From Octopus sinensis (lineage: Eukaryota), in assembly GCF_006345805.1 (NCBI RefSeq), contig NC_043015.1:22692001-22756000 (forward strand): DNA of 64,000 bases. Reading direction: 5' to 3'. Made by a program: the position numbers and the translations under genes. How positions within the stretch are numbered: position 1 is the stretch's first letter; the number at the start of each line of letters is the position of its first letter. Under the pieces are notes generated by a model that worked only from the letters and a program-made list of their open reading frames with translations, did not search any database and was not told where the DNA came from. Shown piece after piece: positions 1 to 14,939 of this stretch.

Positions 1-83
1 TTCAAGTAAACAAGGGCGGGATAGTCTGATCAGAGAAAAAGCATTTTCTAAAAAACACACAAAAAGAAAGACATCAAGCTATA

Positions 84-580
84 ATACCATGTTTTGCATA
101 TGGTGGCATGTACCTAAAGAAAAGTTGGTCCCTTAAAAAGTGAAGTGTTTTTGCTGTGGAATTATAGGGCATATAGATATCGCCCCGCAGGACGATCATA
201 AAATGTCAGATCAATGAGAGAAAAGTAAATAGTCTGTTATGGAAAAAAAGTTAATATAATTAAGAGAAAATTCGTAAATGCGAAAATGAAAATACAGGTG
301 TAACATTGAAGTTTGGCACAGGTAGCGACATGACTATTATAGACGAAAAAATATGGAATCATCGTAAAGCCGAAATTAATGAAATCTAGAAATATAGCAC
401 AAGGTGCTACGGGAAAAACTTATTTTATCGGCGAATGCGTATGTAACGCAACATTTCGAGGTCAAACGAAAAAGGCTAAGATATATGTATTAAAACATTC
501 ACTTAATTTATTTGGCAGAGAGTGGCTACAACTATTTAATTTATGGGAAACACTTATAAATGTTTTGTGTAGAAATATAG
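84..580 (+). mobile_element. Degenerate Ty3/Gypsy LTR retrotransposon gag zinc-knuckle and aspartic protease remnant
   Basis: Broken frames read PCFAYGG..KCFCCGIIGHI (decayed CCHC knuckles), LKFGTGSDMTIIDE (decayed DTGS motif) and NLFGREWLQLF (protease C-terminal LLGRDW-like motif, ORF 379..615). Confidence 0.7.
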
Positions 581-1007
581 TGACACCGCTAGAAAAAACT
601 GCCGCTTTTTTCTAGCAGTGTCATATGAAATTGTCACCCATATTTATGACCCTAGAATCGATCAATTGCATTTCAATCTATTTTAGATTTAAGGTTAGTT
701 AGGGTTAGGGGTAGGAGAAGGGTATTTTAATTTCTTCACAAATGTAAATAAACCCAATGTGTTTCTTAAACGAGGGACATATTCATACGGCACAGAATGC
801 TTTTTAACTCAATAGACGCCAGTGATTGGTTGAAATTGCCGAAATGCAAGAAATTAAAGACCAAATATCTTACAAACTAAAGAATTTTCTCAATAAAGCC
901 AAGAGAAAATGATGTTTTATAAACTCATTCTACCAGTATACGAAGTTTAAAATTTTTTAGTTAACTAGAAATTATGTTAAAAACTGCCGCACAAACCGAA
1001 AAAATCC
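581..1007 (-). mobile_element. MITE-like element, reverse-complement copy of 29278-29683, left end replaced by a fold-back
   Basis: About 400 bp aligns in reverse complement to 29278-29683. Internal ggttagttagggttagggg tract. Right end aaaactgccgcacaaaccgaaaa resembles the TIR. Confidence 0.85.
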
Positions 1008-1146
1008 TATCTTTTTACCATATTGTTCAGCTCTCATTGAATTTGAGAATTGCATTGACGCGTCAGTGTTTGTCACCATTCGCCAAATTTCCAAGTGATT
1101 GAAATCTACAGGCTCCGAGGAAAAGCTTGTTTAGGTAGAGAATAGA

Positions 1147-1148
<2 letters not shown>

Positions 1149-1210
<62 letters not shown>
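1149..1210. repeat. (TA)n microsatellite; one of many (also about 6196-6482, 26232-26560, 36946-37210, 49408-49835, 50229-50623, 51019-51355)
   Basis: Seen directly. Confidence 0.95.
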
Positions 1211-1213
<3 letters not shown>

Positions 1214-1577
1214 CCATTATCATTTCACGAAACTCATTACTTCAGTAAGCGGTCAAGTATTGTGTGGTCAATGCTGTACAGCTTTGTTGAAATCTTGGCA
1301 AATGTGACATGAAACCTTTCCATTTGCCATGAGCTCGAAAATGATCTGACGATGATAAGTGCGCAAAAAGGTTAATAAGTGAACATCCAATACCTTATTA
1401 ATCCGTTGTAGAGTGCAAATAGGTTTGCACTTATTCGTGAATCTTTCATATCAGTTTTACTCTCCACATGCATAAACGGGGTTATGAAAAGAATCACGAA
1501 CTAGTTTATGTGTTCCTTCAATAACAAATAACGCAAACATAGCTATCGATACAAAATGCGCATAAATGTAGGTTTCA

Positions 1578-1715
1578 CTGTGTGTTTAAGGCGTTCATTT
1601 CGCAACCACGCTGTCCAGGTTTCAGACTCACGGTACAGTGTCTTCGGAATATGATTTGTCCTATAAACGCGAACCGAATATTACCTTCCGAGGGAATTTA
1701 GTAAATGGAAATGTT
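1578..1715 (+). mobile_element. Highly degenerate SINE of the 17794/37344 family
   Basis: ctgtgtgtttaag...caaccacg...ggtttcagactc resembles the head of the better-preserved copies. Confidence 0.4.
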
Positions 1716-2302
1716 ATCAACACATCATACTTACATATATACATGGACATACATGCCTATCTATCTATCTATCTATCTATCTCGGTGTGTGGGAGTGAGG
1801 TACGTATGTGCTTTATTTTAATTCATTTTTTACACCATTTTAGCAATTCATAAGAACAGGCAGTTACAAAGATTATGCACGAAAACTGTAAAGAAAAGAA
1901 GAATCTGGTGCAATATTCTATGAGATTATAGGCATCTAAACTGGGTTTAAATACAGCAAATATTCTGAATAGGAAAATTAATCAAAAGATGCTGGAGTTT
2001 AGAAGTAGCCAGACCAAATTATCTCCAAGAACCTAGAATTATAATTCTGATAATTCTGAATACGGTATTCTATAAGAATTTCATACGACTGTGCATTAAC
2101 ATAAATCATGTCGTGAATATTATAGTAATATTCCCGCCACTCTTTTATAGAGAATAACATTAATACTTTATGTCAAATAGACGCATACAATCTTAGTGCT
2201 TTCCTTTATGGCTTGCGTAATCTGTAACAGAATACATATGACATGTTTCAATAGGTTTGCATATGTATCCACATGAAATATACATACAACACCTTATATA
2301 CA

Positions 2303-2730
2303 GCTGGAGGAAATGTCCTCCTGGGACTAAAAACAATCCTATCATCAGCCTCCTATGGGACCGCCACATTGAGCTGGCAAATATACTTCACGATTCCGTG
2401 CTGCTACTGTTTACTTCTCGATCAGAGATTTAATATTGCTTGTTTTTTCCCCTTACGAGATCAGCGACAGTTTATCAAAAGAAACAGCATGTAGTATTTT
2501 GTGTAGGTGATTATCACACACTGATGACGGGTTAATATGCAGGAATCCGTGTCTGTGTGTATCACGTAAGGCTAGAGATAGGAACGATTGTTTCTCTTCG
2601 CGACTACTAATCAGACACTCACGCACAGTATGTCGTTAGCCTGGTGATAAAGATGTCCTCCTGGGGCTAAAAACAACAGAAGCATCGTCCTCTATTGGAC
2701 CGCTACATTTAGTTGACAAATACACTTCAC
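2303..2730 (+). mobile_element. Small non-coding element with ~90 bp diverged terminal direct repeats and a decayed hammerhead (Penelope pLTR or retrozyme-like)
   Basis: 2303-2391 resembles 2641-2730 (atgtcctcctggg.ctaaaaacaa...accgc.acatt...aaata.acttcac). Internal cacaca-CTGATGA...GAATCCGTGTC-tgtgtg. Confidence 0.6.
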
Positions 2731-2859
2731 TATATATATATATATATATATGTGTGTGTATATGTGTGTGTGTATGTATGTATGTATTTATACGTATATA
2801 TGCAAATATATATGTGTATGTATATCTGTATATGTATATATATATATGTATATATATAA

Positions 2860-3225
2860 ATACTCTTTTAGATGTTTCAGCCATGTCGTATTGACATGCT
2901 GGGGCATCAACATAGCCTTTCTGACTTCCTCTGTCTCGGTGTTTCACATCAACACATCAAATGCATGTGCATTTATCCTAGCTGTTGGTATAGTTTCGTG
3001 TATAAGGGAGTTTTATTCCACTGCCCTAGTCTGTACTTCTTGTCAGGCTGTTGGTTTTTCTAGTATTGTGGACAGAAGGATTTCTAGATCCTTTTTGATG
3101 GTATTTACTTCTATCTTATGCGAATTCCTTAATTTTTGTGGCAGGGAACTGAAGAGCTGTGGGCGTTTGTACCCTAGTTTATTGCAGTACCTGGTCCTTA
3201 ATTTAGATGGAGTGTGTGGTACCGT
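2860..3225 (-). mobile_element. 3' end of a CR1-like LINE, degenerate
   Basis: Minus strand reads RPQLFSSLPQKLRNSHKIEVNTIKKDLEILLSTILEKP..RAVE*NSLIH, like an ORF2 C-terminus. It is followed by a ccagcatg..hairpin..ctgaaac tail similar to local SINE tails. Confidence 0.6.
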
Positions 3226-3351
3226 TGGTTATAGATAGATAACCACTATACGTATATATTTCTGTGTTTGAATCCGCTCTGTATTACTTAATGCTTCGTG
3301 GTTAACGACGGATTCATAACCTGTGCACGCACACATGCATTTACAATCATT

Positions 3352-3402
<51 letters not shown>

Positions 3403-4080
3403 TATTGTCCAGCTGAAAATAAAGCAAGTGATTATAATCTCGTATACGCATTTTCAAAAATCCATGGTGCTTAACAGAAATCCAGCCAAGCACATTCGCT
3501 GGCAGTGAATAGCTAATTCCAATACCAAATGAATTCTAACAGTTTTCTGCAATCATGATATCGGAAACGTGAAAATCCACACTGTAAAATATTATCAGAA
3601 ATCATGATTTATTGTCGTTAGAGATTATGAGATTAAAACTTGTTATTTTTACTACCCTGTAGTGAGCCCGCACCATATTGTTGATTTTTTTTTCCAAAAC
3701 ACAAAGTTAACACAATTTCTTGATCTTAAGCTCATCTTAAAATATAAGAGGTTTATAAAACAGTAAACAATACTCTAGATTCTTGTCCTGTTATTTGGTG
3801 TTTTATCTCGGAGAAAACTAGGGAATATTTAATATTACGGTTAAAATTTGCTTTATACATCCCGTTATATCTTGCGTGCTAAGTAATTCAATTACTATGT
3901 ACATTTACTAGGTGTTGGACAGTATATATAATTATGAGGCATGAATTATCCAATTCTCTGATTAATATTTGGTGTTGCTTAACAAAAAAAAAACCGGAAA
4001 AATGATTCCAACATATCTCTAAATCTTAATACATGTAGACAAAATTACATATCCATTTAATTGGAATATATATATAAAGC

Positions 4081-4961
4081 TGTATATATATAAAACTGAG
4101 AATGTGTGTCTGTCTGTCTGTCTGTCTGTCTGTGTGTTTCCCTAAAACTTGAGAACTACACAATCAATTTCATTCAAATTTTACACATGCCTTACTTAGG
4201 GTCCGTGGAGTGTCATCGGCAACAGAATTTTGAACTTTTTGCCTAGGGCGAGACCAAAGCAATATCATATCTTCTCCACTACGATTCCCTAAAACTTGAA
4301 AACTACACAACCAATTTCATTCAAATTTTACACATGCCTTACTTAAAGTTCATGTAGTTTCATGAGCAAAAACAATGTTCAATTTCTTGCCTAGAGCGAG
4401 CCCATAGCAATATCATATCTTCTCCACTATTTCAGTATTACGTGTTAAAAGTGAAACAAAAATATTTCTCTATTTTATGTCAGATGATTTCACTTTAACA
4501 ATGAAAATAATAATAACAATTGAATTATATGTAGTAAGTAATAATTGAAATCAAACTAAAGTATAATATAATCGTAACATACAAAAGTAAAAATAGCAAA
4601 TGGCATAAAATTGCATCAATGATTTGAACTTGAATAAGTGGTTTCACAAGAATGGGAATAAATTAAAGATAAAATTAGCGTGCAGAAATGGAATAGTCCA
4701 GATGGATACTAAAAAATTAAATTAAAGAAAAGACTATTGTCTATAAAGTAAACAATGTAGAGAAAAAAGAAGAGCTAACAATTCCAGTCTGTTATATATT
4801 TGAGTATTGTTATCACTAGCGATATCAAGATATAACTCTGTATTTTGCATTTTATGTGTAGATGTATATATATAGATGTACATGTAATATGCACACATAT
4901 ATATACACATATATACATGCACTAGCACTATGAACCGGCAACGACGGGTCTTTAATGCTAG
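4081..4961 (+). mobile_element. Non-autonomous Helitron-type element
   Basis: 5' tatatataaaactgagaatgtgtg(tctg)n; 3' GC-rich imperfect hairpin (4934-4949) then CTAG|T at 4958-4962; internal ~145 bp tandem duplication; 5' part homologous to 25085-25358 (-). Confidence 0.75.
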
Positions 4962-5088
4962 TATATATATATAGTAGTACTAACAGAAAAGAGGAATTTC
5001 GGATGTCCCCACGTGGTGAATTGTAATGTATATAAGAAATTAAAAAAGGAAAATACGCACACTTACATGGTTATAATATAATTTTTAA

Positions 5089-5125
5089 TATATCGACCGG
5101 TTTCGCAATCGCTATTCATGATATA
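5089..5125 (-). ncRNA. Minimal type I hammerhead ribozyme, A3-U8 core variant
   Basis: Minus strand: tatatc AUGAAUA gc gatt gc GAAA ccgg UC gatata. Stem I 6 bp, stem II 2 bp, palindromic stem III, GUC site. Confidence 0.65.
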
Positions 5126-5156
5126 ATGTTTAATTTATATGAATATATATATTTTC

Positions 5157-5621
5157 TTAAGAAGAAATTTGGTCCATGTTGTTTGTAATGAAATTCACGA
5201 GTGCACATTTTTCTATATGTTCACTAAGAGGAATTTGTCTGTATTGCGGGAAACGGATTTGCTCCTTATGCAGAGTGATTCTCTTCCTCAAAGTTAAACT
5301 CGTTTGTCCAATGTACTGATGACTGCAACCCGAGCAGGTTATTACATAAATTAGGTTCTCAGAGGCACAGATGAAGCTAGTTTTAATTGTGAACCTCTGT
5401 TCTTGTTTGAAAAGGAAATCCGAGCCTTTAAGCAGGTTGGGGCAGATTCCACAGTTTGGGCGTCCACATTTTTCAACCGTTGGTTTCGCGGTTGTTTTGT
5501 AAAGCTTCGCATTTGTTAGTAGTCTCTGGCGATATGTCTTTTTTTTGCATTTGATGAGTTTGTGTGTTTTCAGGATGTCGTTCATTTTTGGATCTCTAGT
5601 TAGTAAAGGGAGAGTTTGCAC
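5157..5621 (-). pseudogene. Penelope-type GIY-YIG endonuclease fragment
   Basis: CGRPNCGICP Cys motif, then NLIYVITCSGCSHQYIGQTSLTLRKRITLH..PLSEH (GIY-YIG with CCHH residues typical of PLEs). Confidence 0.85.
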
Positions 5622-6103
5622 AATAGTGTTGAATGCCTCACTGTTCCCACACTACAGACAAATTCCTATTAGTTAACACATAGAAAAATGTGCAGGTAAC
5701 ATCAAACCAAATGTTACAGTCTTCCCTTTCTACCAGTGCAAAGACCCAATCTCTCAACTAGAACGCTTAAATAAAGAAACATTTTCATTGAAAAATACAA
5801 AACGCGTCTTAATATGCACACATAACCAACTTTTATATTTTTACACATTACATCACTGTACATAAATCCCCTACTAAACAAGGTCCCTTTTTTAAAACAT
5901 GTCCCCTTTCTGTACACATATTTATTCCCCACCCAAAACCTAAACAGTTATCTCCATTACACACACAACAATAACAATAATAACAACCAATTACCTCCCT
6001 TTACTTGTCAGCTTGTAAATTCAACCAATCGTGAATTTCATTACAAACAACATGGACCAAATTTCTTCCCAAGAAAAAATATATATTCATATAAATTAAA
6101 CAT

Positions 6104-6140
6104 TATATCACGAATAGCGATTGCAAAACCGGTCGATATA
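6104..6140 (+). ncRNA. Mutated copy of the 5089-5125 hammerhead
   Basis: tatatc acgaata gcgattgc aaaa ccggtc gatata; core changes U4>C and G12>A. Confidence 0.55.
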
Positions 6141-6212
6141 TAAAAAACCATATTATAACCATGTGAGTGTGCGTATTTTCCTTTTTTAATTTCTTATATA
6201 TATGTATATATA

Positions 6213-6269
<57 letters not shown>

Positions 6270-6270
6270 T

Positions 6271-6367
<97 letters not shown>

Positions 6368-6373
6368 TATATC

Positions 6374-6445
<72 letters not shown>

Positions 6446-6519
6446 GATACATACATACATATATATATTATATATATATATATTTATAATTACGATTCAG
6501 TTGAATTAGTTACAGAAAG

Positions 6520-6776
6520 TGGGGTACCTTGCTAGTTCTGTATTTTCTGCACACCCAACAATATTATTTGAATATTGATTATCAAACTCCGTCTAATGGG
6601 TATTTGTTCATTATATTCCTGCCGTTGTGCAGACAACGCAACCCAGCGAAGCGAACAGACATGTACTTGTTATAAATGTACTTTCTAAAGCCAGAACACT
6701 GTTACACACCAGTATCCTTCGTGATCTACTTCTTGTAGACGATGCTGCACTAGTAGCGACCTCCTTAGACCTTCAT

Positions 6777-6778
<2 letters not shown>
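6520..6778 (+). mobile_element. RTE-clade LINE RT fragment
   Basis: ILRDLLLVDDAALVATS resembles the RTE motif IRDLLFADDAALVA. Confidence 0.55.
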
Positions 6779-6812
<34 letters not shown>

Positions 6813-9543
6813 TCTTTTACTTTTTTCATTACGGCCGTTACAAGCGGTTCCATTCAATTGACTAATGAAAACCTTACATCAATTTGAAAGAAAGCGTTTG
6901 CTTCAGAGAACGCATGGACTTTATGTAGTTTGTAGTATTCAGCCATTTAGACCTAAATCCATTGGGAGTTGTCAACTATATTCAACTATGAATGGTGATA
7001 AAACAATTAATGTCGGACAACCTACGAGAGTCCCAATGTAATGGAACCATATATCTAGCATTATCTACATAAAACGGTAGGTTACGGGGTAGGTAATAAA
7101 AGAATATCTAATGGAGAAGGGGTGATAACTGAAGACAGAAGTATATGGATGGGCAATACTTATTTAGATTATCTAATAAAGTGGAATATAATGAAAAACT
7201 AAAGAGATAAATAATATAAATTTTAGGGGTGGAGATTAGAATTGAAGGATACGGGAGGCAATAAGTTATAATTTAGCAAATTTATAATAATAAATTGAGA
7301 AAATTTAAATCAATATATAGAATAAGGATGGAAATTGCACTCAAAACCTAGTAATGGGATACTTTAACATATATGAAAAAAACTGTTAAGAATCATTTAA
7401 GTATATTTTTAAGAAGGTCATGATAAATAGATTCTAAAATGAATGTATAACAGAATTAGATTATCATATGAAGTACATTCTATATTCTAAAGCAACAAAA
7501 ATAATTATTCACTTCTTTAGGGATGGATATATATAAGATACCGTTAAATATGGTATCGAATATAAGGGGTAATTGAATTAGAAGTATACTAAATGTTTAA
7601 GGGCGTAAATTCGGAAGCAACAGCTAAACGGATTTGGGCATGTAAACATTTAATGAATAGTTCATGAATACAACGTGTAAGGAGTCTCATATCCAGTAAA
7701 CTATATAAAATCACCTTATAAAAATATTATTTATCATTTACGAACGCTACGAAAACATATGAAAGGATATACAAATGTATAAAAATATCAAATATAGATA
7801 TAAAAATTCATATATGTGTAATTATAAATAATAATTATGGTATTGTATTTATACAATGAGTTTTATGAAGACAAATTACGAACTATTTATTAGCTAGAGA
7901 AGCTAAACAGATGTATAAGAGAGTATATAAATACATAAACTTCAAAATATAAGATATAAAAATATATAAATATTTTATAAAAGTTATATAAAATATTTCG
8001 CTACAGAATGAGATAAAAGTAAAGATAAGTCATAATAAAATAAAATAGATTATGATATAAATTATATTAGCATATTAGAAATAATTCTTAGATATGTTTA
8101 TTATTAAAAATAGCCTATAAAATAAAACTATATGGATCAAATGTTAAATGAAAAATATAACGATACCTTTGGAAATGGGATTTTTAATAAAGCTCGAAAA
8201 TACATCAGATACACTGATCTAGGTTAAATAATAACTGATCCAAAGGGTTATGCCTTATACTTAGGGGAGATGCAAGATTTGGTAATCCATTGTAAATTTA
8301 TCTCTAATACTAACCATGAGGGGAAATAATTCCAATACTGAAGGGGTAAATATATATAATACAATCATTGAAAGATTACAAATTAACGGTGTTAAGGTTT
8401 ATTAAAAAGCAATAATACATAGATTTCAAGATAATAGAGAGCATAGTATGAATGATATGGCACGGATAACTCGTGCTACCGAAGCAAAATATGATACACT
8501 TAATATTACCTGCTTCTAAAGTATTCAAATGTACAGGTAATCCTATGTATATATGTATATACACATGATACTCTAAGATCGAATTTATTATTAATTAGGT
8601 TTATATATATATATATATGTGTGTAGAAGTGGTAGAAATGCTTCTTACCTATGGTATTTAAATTCCGATAGGAGTTCATATTTTGTCATTACAAATGGAA
8701 AGTATAGAGACGTAGATCCCTCGCGTTGTTCAATCGAAGGGTCTTGTTGTGTGATCGAAATTTTGAGAATGTAGTAATTAGATAAAGAAGAGAGAAAAGA
8801 TGTGCATGCTAAAGTGATGAGAACGGTCAAAAGGAAAAGGTAAGGAAAGAAGAAAGAAAGAAAGAAAGAACGGGGAAGAGTAAAGGTAAACTGGAGTGGT
8901 CGTTGGTGGTTAAGATATTATAGTGAGGGTGGGAGAGGAGTAGGGGAGGGATAGAAAGAGGTAAGAATTTAAGGAATGAATATGTACGACGAGTGGGAGG
9001 TAGGGTTTTATGTTTGAAAGGCACTACGGGTACAGAAAAATGGTACAAGGTGTTATTAAAGTGAATCGTAAACCTCAAATAAAGAAGGGAAGAATAATTA
9101 GATATAATGATCAAGTTTCTAAAAATAGAAAGGGGTGTTTATTGTACTAGCTAATGTGATAGTGGGAGGGCTGAGGAATCAGGGAGAGAGAAAGAAATAA
9201 GAGTATACTGATATACGCACGAGCGCAGACAATGCACATACGTGTGTATATGCACTACTATATAAGCCCACATACTTATATGCTTACACCCATACGCATA
9301 TATACATATATATATACACACACGCACGCATAGATATATGCATACACGCACACAAACTCACACACAGAGATATACATACATACATACTTACACATATATA
9401 TATATATATAGTTATGAATATGTGTGTGAGTCTGAGTTTGCATATTTTCATATTTATATATATACACACACATACATACATACATATAAGTATTTTTGAC
9501 TAATGTAAGAGACAGAGGTTTCAATATACGGCAAATTTTATCG

Positions 9544-9650
9544 ATCACTACCATTGTTTCGACCACATCTAGCATCAATCACTCACGGGTGGGTTACTAC
9601 ATATCAGATGTAGGTATATCTGTCGGTGCAGATACGTCTCCTCAGCTTAT
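9544..9650 (-). ncRNA. Decayed hammerhead-like motif with long branched stem II
   Basis: CUGAGGA gac ...~70 nt with two hairpins... gtc GAAAC aatg GUA. Stem I is only partly paired. Confidence 0.4.
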
Positions 9651-10810
9651 TACCAGACGTATATAATTAAAGTAACATCTGTTCCGCAGATATATTCTAT
9701 ATTCATTATACCTAAACGCTAATTAGTAACATAAACTAAACGCTCTATGCCGATGTTTCTTGTTGTTAACGAAAGCACTTATTTTACAGGGATGTACGTC
9801 CAAAGAGGTTTTTGAATAGAAACGCCTGCCAATCATTATCCAGTGATATTTTATTTTGTTTTAAATGATGTTTTAAACTCATAAACTTTAATACTTTCTC
9901 TTTCACGATATTAAATATTAAAATCTTTTAATTCACTGACATTTTGAAGAATTGAAATACATCCTCCTTAATCCTTTAGTCTAACCAAGCTTACAGAGCT
10001 GGTTCCCAATGAAAGTAACCGTGAAAAAACAAAAATTAACATTAATATGTTTCCATTTGTTGAAGAAATCTTAAAATGATATGCAAACGAACAGCTGATA
10101 ATTCTGCAAAGTATTGGTGTTTGTGAATTAATTCTTGTGGTAGGTGCTGAAAATTCTTTAAAAAAAACTCTAGATTAATTGAAACTTCTTAATTATACTG
10201 TGAAAGAAACAAAATCTTTGCGATAATTATAAATGACACTCAGAAAGAAATACATAAGGTTAATTGCTACGGATTAAGAATTAATCACTCAAAAACTATT
10301 TTATATGTTTAGCTGAAAGAACAATCTTGATCTCTGTTTTCAGGCAAGGAATAAATCTATTCACATGTTTCAGTCTACACTAGGACTAAACTGCATGGTT
10401 GAGTCGACTGCAAATTTGTTTATTTTATAAGCTACATTATCAGCAACAAAATTCCAAGATTGCTTCGTTAGAGGAAAGATTCAGTAAAATATGTGATCTG
10501 AAAAGCCGGGACAGTAACGCCTAAAATCGACTTTGAGGTCAAACGTTTTTTTTTTATTATGTTAAAGAAATCTATGCTTAATTTTAGCTTATATAATAAT
10601 TCTCGGCGAGAGGAATCTACCATGTTATGAAAGAATATTCAGTAGAAAAAATTACTTAGGTAAGAATCGGCGAAAAGAAAGAAAAAAAAAAAAAGTAGAT
10701 TAACGCCTGAAATCTAAATTGTCTCCAAATATTATTCTTACTTCATGAGAAAACTATATTCAAATTCTACCTTTTCTGATAGATCTCCACTAGAGAAGCC
10801 CGATGATATC

Positions 10811-10850
<40 letters not shown>

Positions 10851-12476
10851 AAAATCTACTGGGACCAAATGTGCCGAAAGACGGTACCGAAAACAATCAA
10901 ATTCAAAATCTAAAATGTATTTACAAATGTATAGGGATCAAACAAATTAATGCCTTCAACAACGCATTGATAATTGCAAAATTAGAATAGACTTCCATTA
11001 GTTAGTTAACTACAATAGCTTCAAATACTATCATTCACAACTGAATGGCTTGGGGCTTTGTACTTGAATTGGATTGACGGAAGTAAGATAAATTCGGATT
11101 GATCCATATGATTCAGTGTTTTTAGATTCTGCTGAGGTATACGTTGTACTGAAGAATTTATGAAACTGGGACAATAAACTTGAGTTAATTATGATTAACT
11201 TGAGTTAATCATTGATAAGAATTATTGTAATGAAGAAAAAATATCGCATACTCTGATCATCTAAATTTTACTGATGTTCAGATTCGCAATGTGTATATCT
11301 GCAGTTTCAGATGTACTTTAAAAGGTTTGCCATTTGTAGAGTTATGCTTATTCTTTTAAATATATAGTCGTCTTTGGAACTGATACAGCGATGAAAACAT
11401 GCATCGTTTTCCATACATATTTTAATTTTGGATGGTTTGCTTTCTTTGTTTTTATTAATTAGCATGTGCAAGAGGAACATATCCCACACATAGTAATACC
11501 TTTTGGTGCATTTTGTGAACATTATTTGAACAATTCATTTTCTTTCGTTACGTTTCAATACTAGTCATGTGTGTAGTACATGAATTCTCCAACACTTTCA
11601 TGTTCGTTTATATATCTTCGTTTTTGGTCAATACGAAGCAAGCAGAAAATATAATCGACTGATTATTGAGTAAATACCGCGAGATATCTTAAAGCAAATT
11701 TTGTATTGTACTATATGTATATTTGAGCTTCACATATGACGCTATACGCTTGTGGCCTCTATTCCTTCCACACACTCCGATCACTACACTAAATACATTT
11801 TCTTAACCATTATAACCACATTTTGCTTTCTTTTACTCACTTTCCTTTCGCTAATATCTTTGCATGACATTTTTACAATTACATTTTCCATGTAATTCCA
11901 TTATTTTTTAGATAAGGCTGTCGCTTTTTTAAAATACATTCCAGACGAAAGTTTGTTCCTTCAGGCATTGTTTTACATTCCCACAGTTCCGTGAAAACTA
12001 AAACAAGTTTTCTTTTTCATTGATAGTAGTTATACGTAGGATTTTCTGTTATATTTTTGCACCTGTTTCTTTTCTATAATAGTTTCACATATAACAGAAA
12101 ATGCCTACATTCACTCATTCGTAGGAAATACAAATTATCTGTGTCTTCTAAGGTGATGTATCCTAAATGCATGCCTTTCTCTCATTATTCTTATAATGCT
12201 GTAGTAATTCTTTAAAATCAGAGATATGTTGCAAACCCTGGCGTCTCGCATGCGTAGCGGGTTTTCTACTTGCAGCATTCGGTACCTTGATATCCGCTTT
12301 TTCTCAGCTACTAGGTTTTTCCAGACTCTACCTGTGCCAAGGAGACAGACGTTCTAAAACAGCTCTACTACTCAGGTTATTCCCATTTCCTTTATAATCT
12401 TCTTGATAAAATCTGCAATTGAAATAATGTTGATGTTGTTGTTGTTGTCGTTATTATTATTATTATTATTATTATT

Positions 12477-14603
<2,127 letters not shown>

Positions 14604-14620
14604 CATTGTTATTATTATTT

Positions 14621-14915
14621 AAGTTGTCGCACATTATACAATATCGCGGCCTTGTTGTTTGAAGATATTGCCCCTACCGGGGGTTTGTACTTTTTACCTT
14701 GGGTTACCTTGTCGTGTCTGCGCTTGTACTCTTTATGCGCAAGACTTTCACAATCACTTTCCAATGTGATTCATGCTTTCGATCCTCTTCTCACTCATTC
14801 AGCAGCTGTCTGTTGCACTTTTGTGGTATATATTCTTTTTCGCTGGGTTAGTATACAATGCCTGGTCCTGGGTAGCGATGATTAGGCTTCCAATATCTTA
14901 TTTACGTCATACTTG
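14621..14915 (-). mobile_element. Internally deleted mini-copy of an R4-clade element (family of 60640-62540)
   Basis: Minus strand reads IIATQDQALYTN..CESLAHKEYKRRHDK, joined directly to a tail (gtacaaacccccgg..caatatcttcaaacaacaaggccgcgatatt) similar to 62470-62540. Confidence 0.65.
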
Positions 14916-14939
14916 CTGACCTATTATTATTATTATTAA

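Larger units (their letters stand above)
4990..6195. mobile_element. Penelope-like element 3' region (GIY-YIG endonuclease plus pLTR) in inverted arrangement
   Basis: Minus segment 4990-5643 carries the EN and a pLTR. Plus segment 5644-6195 carries the EN C-terminus and a second pLTR. 5030-5200 is the reverse complement of 6029-6200. Confidence 0.85.

Noticed and set aside
7000-9140. Possible very decayed Penelope ORF (NLVMGYF-like motif near 7345)
   Set aside because: Only isolated motif fragments; not enough to call.
11143-11175. CTGAAGA atttat GAAAC hammerhead-like motif
   Set aside because: No UH cleavage site and a negligible stem II.
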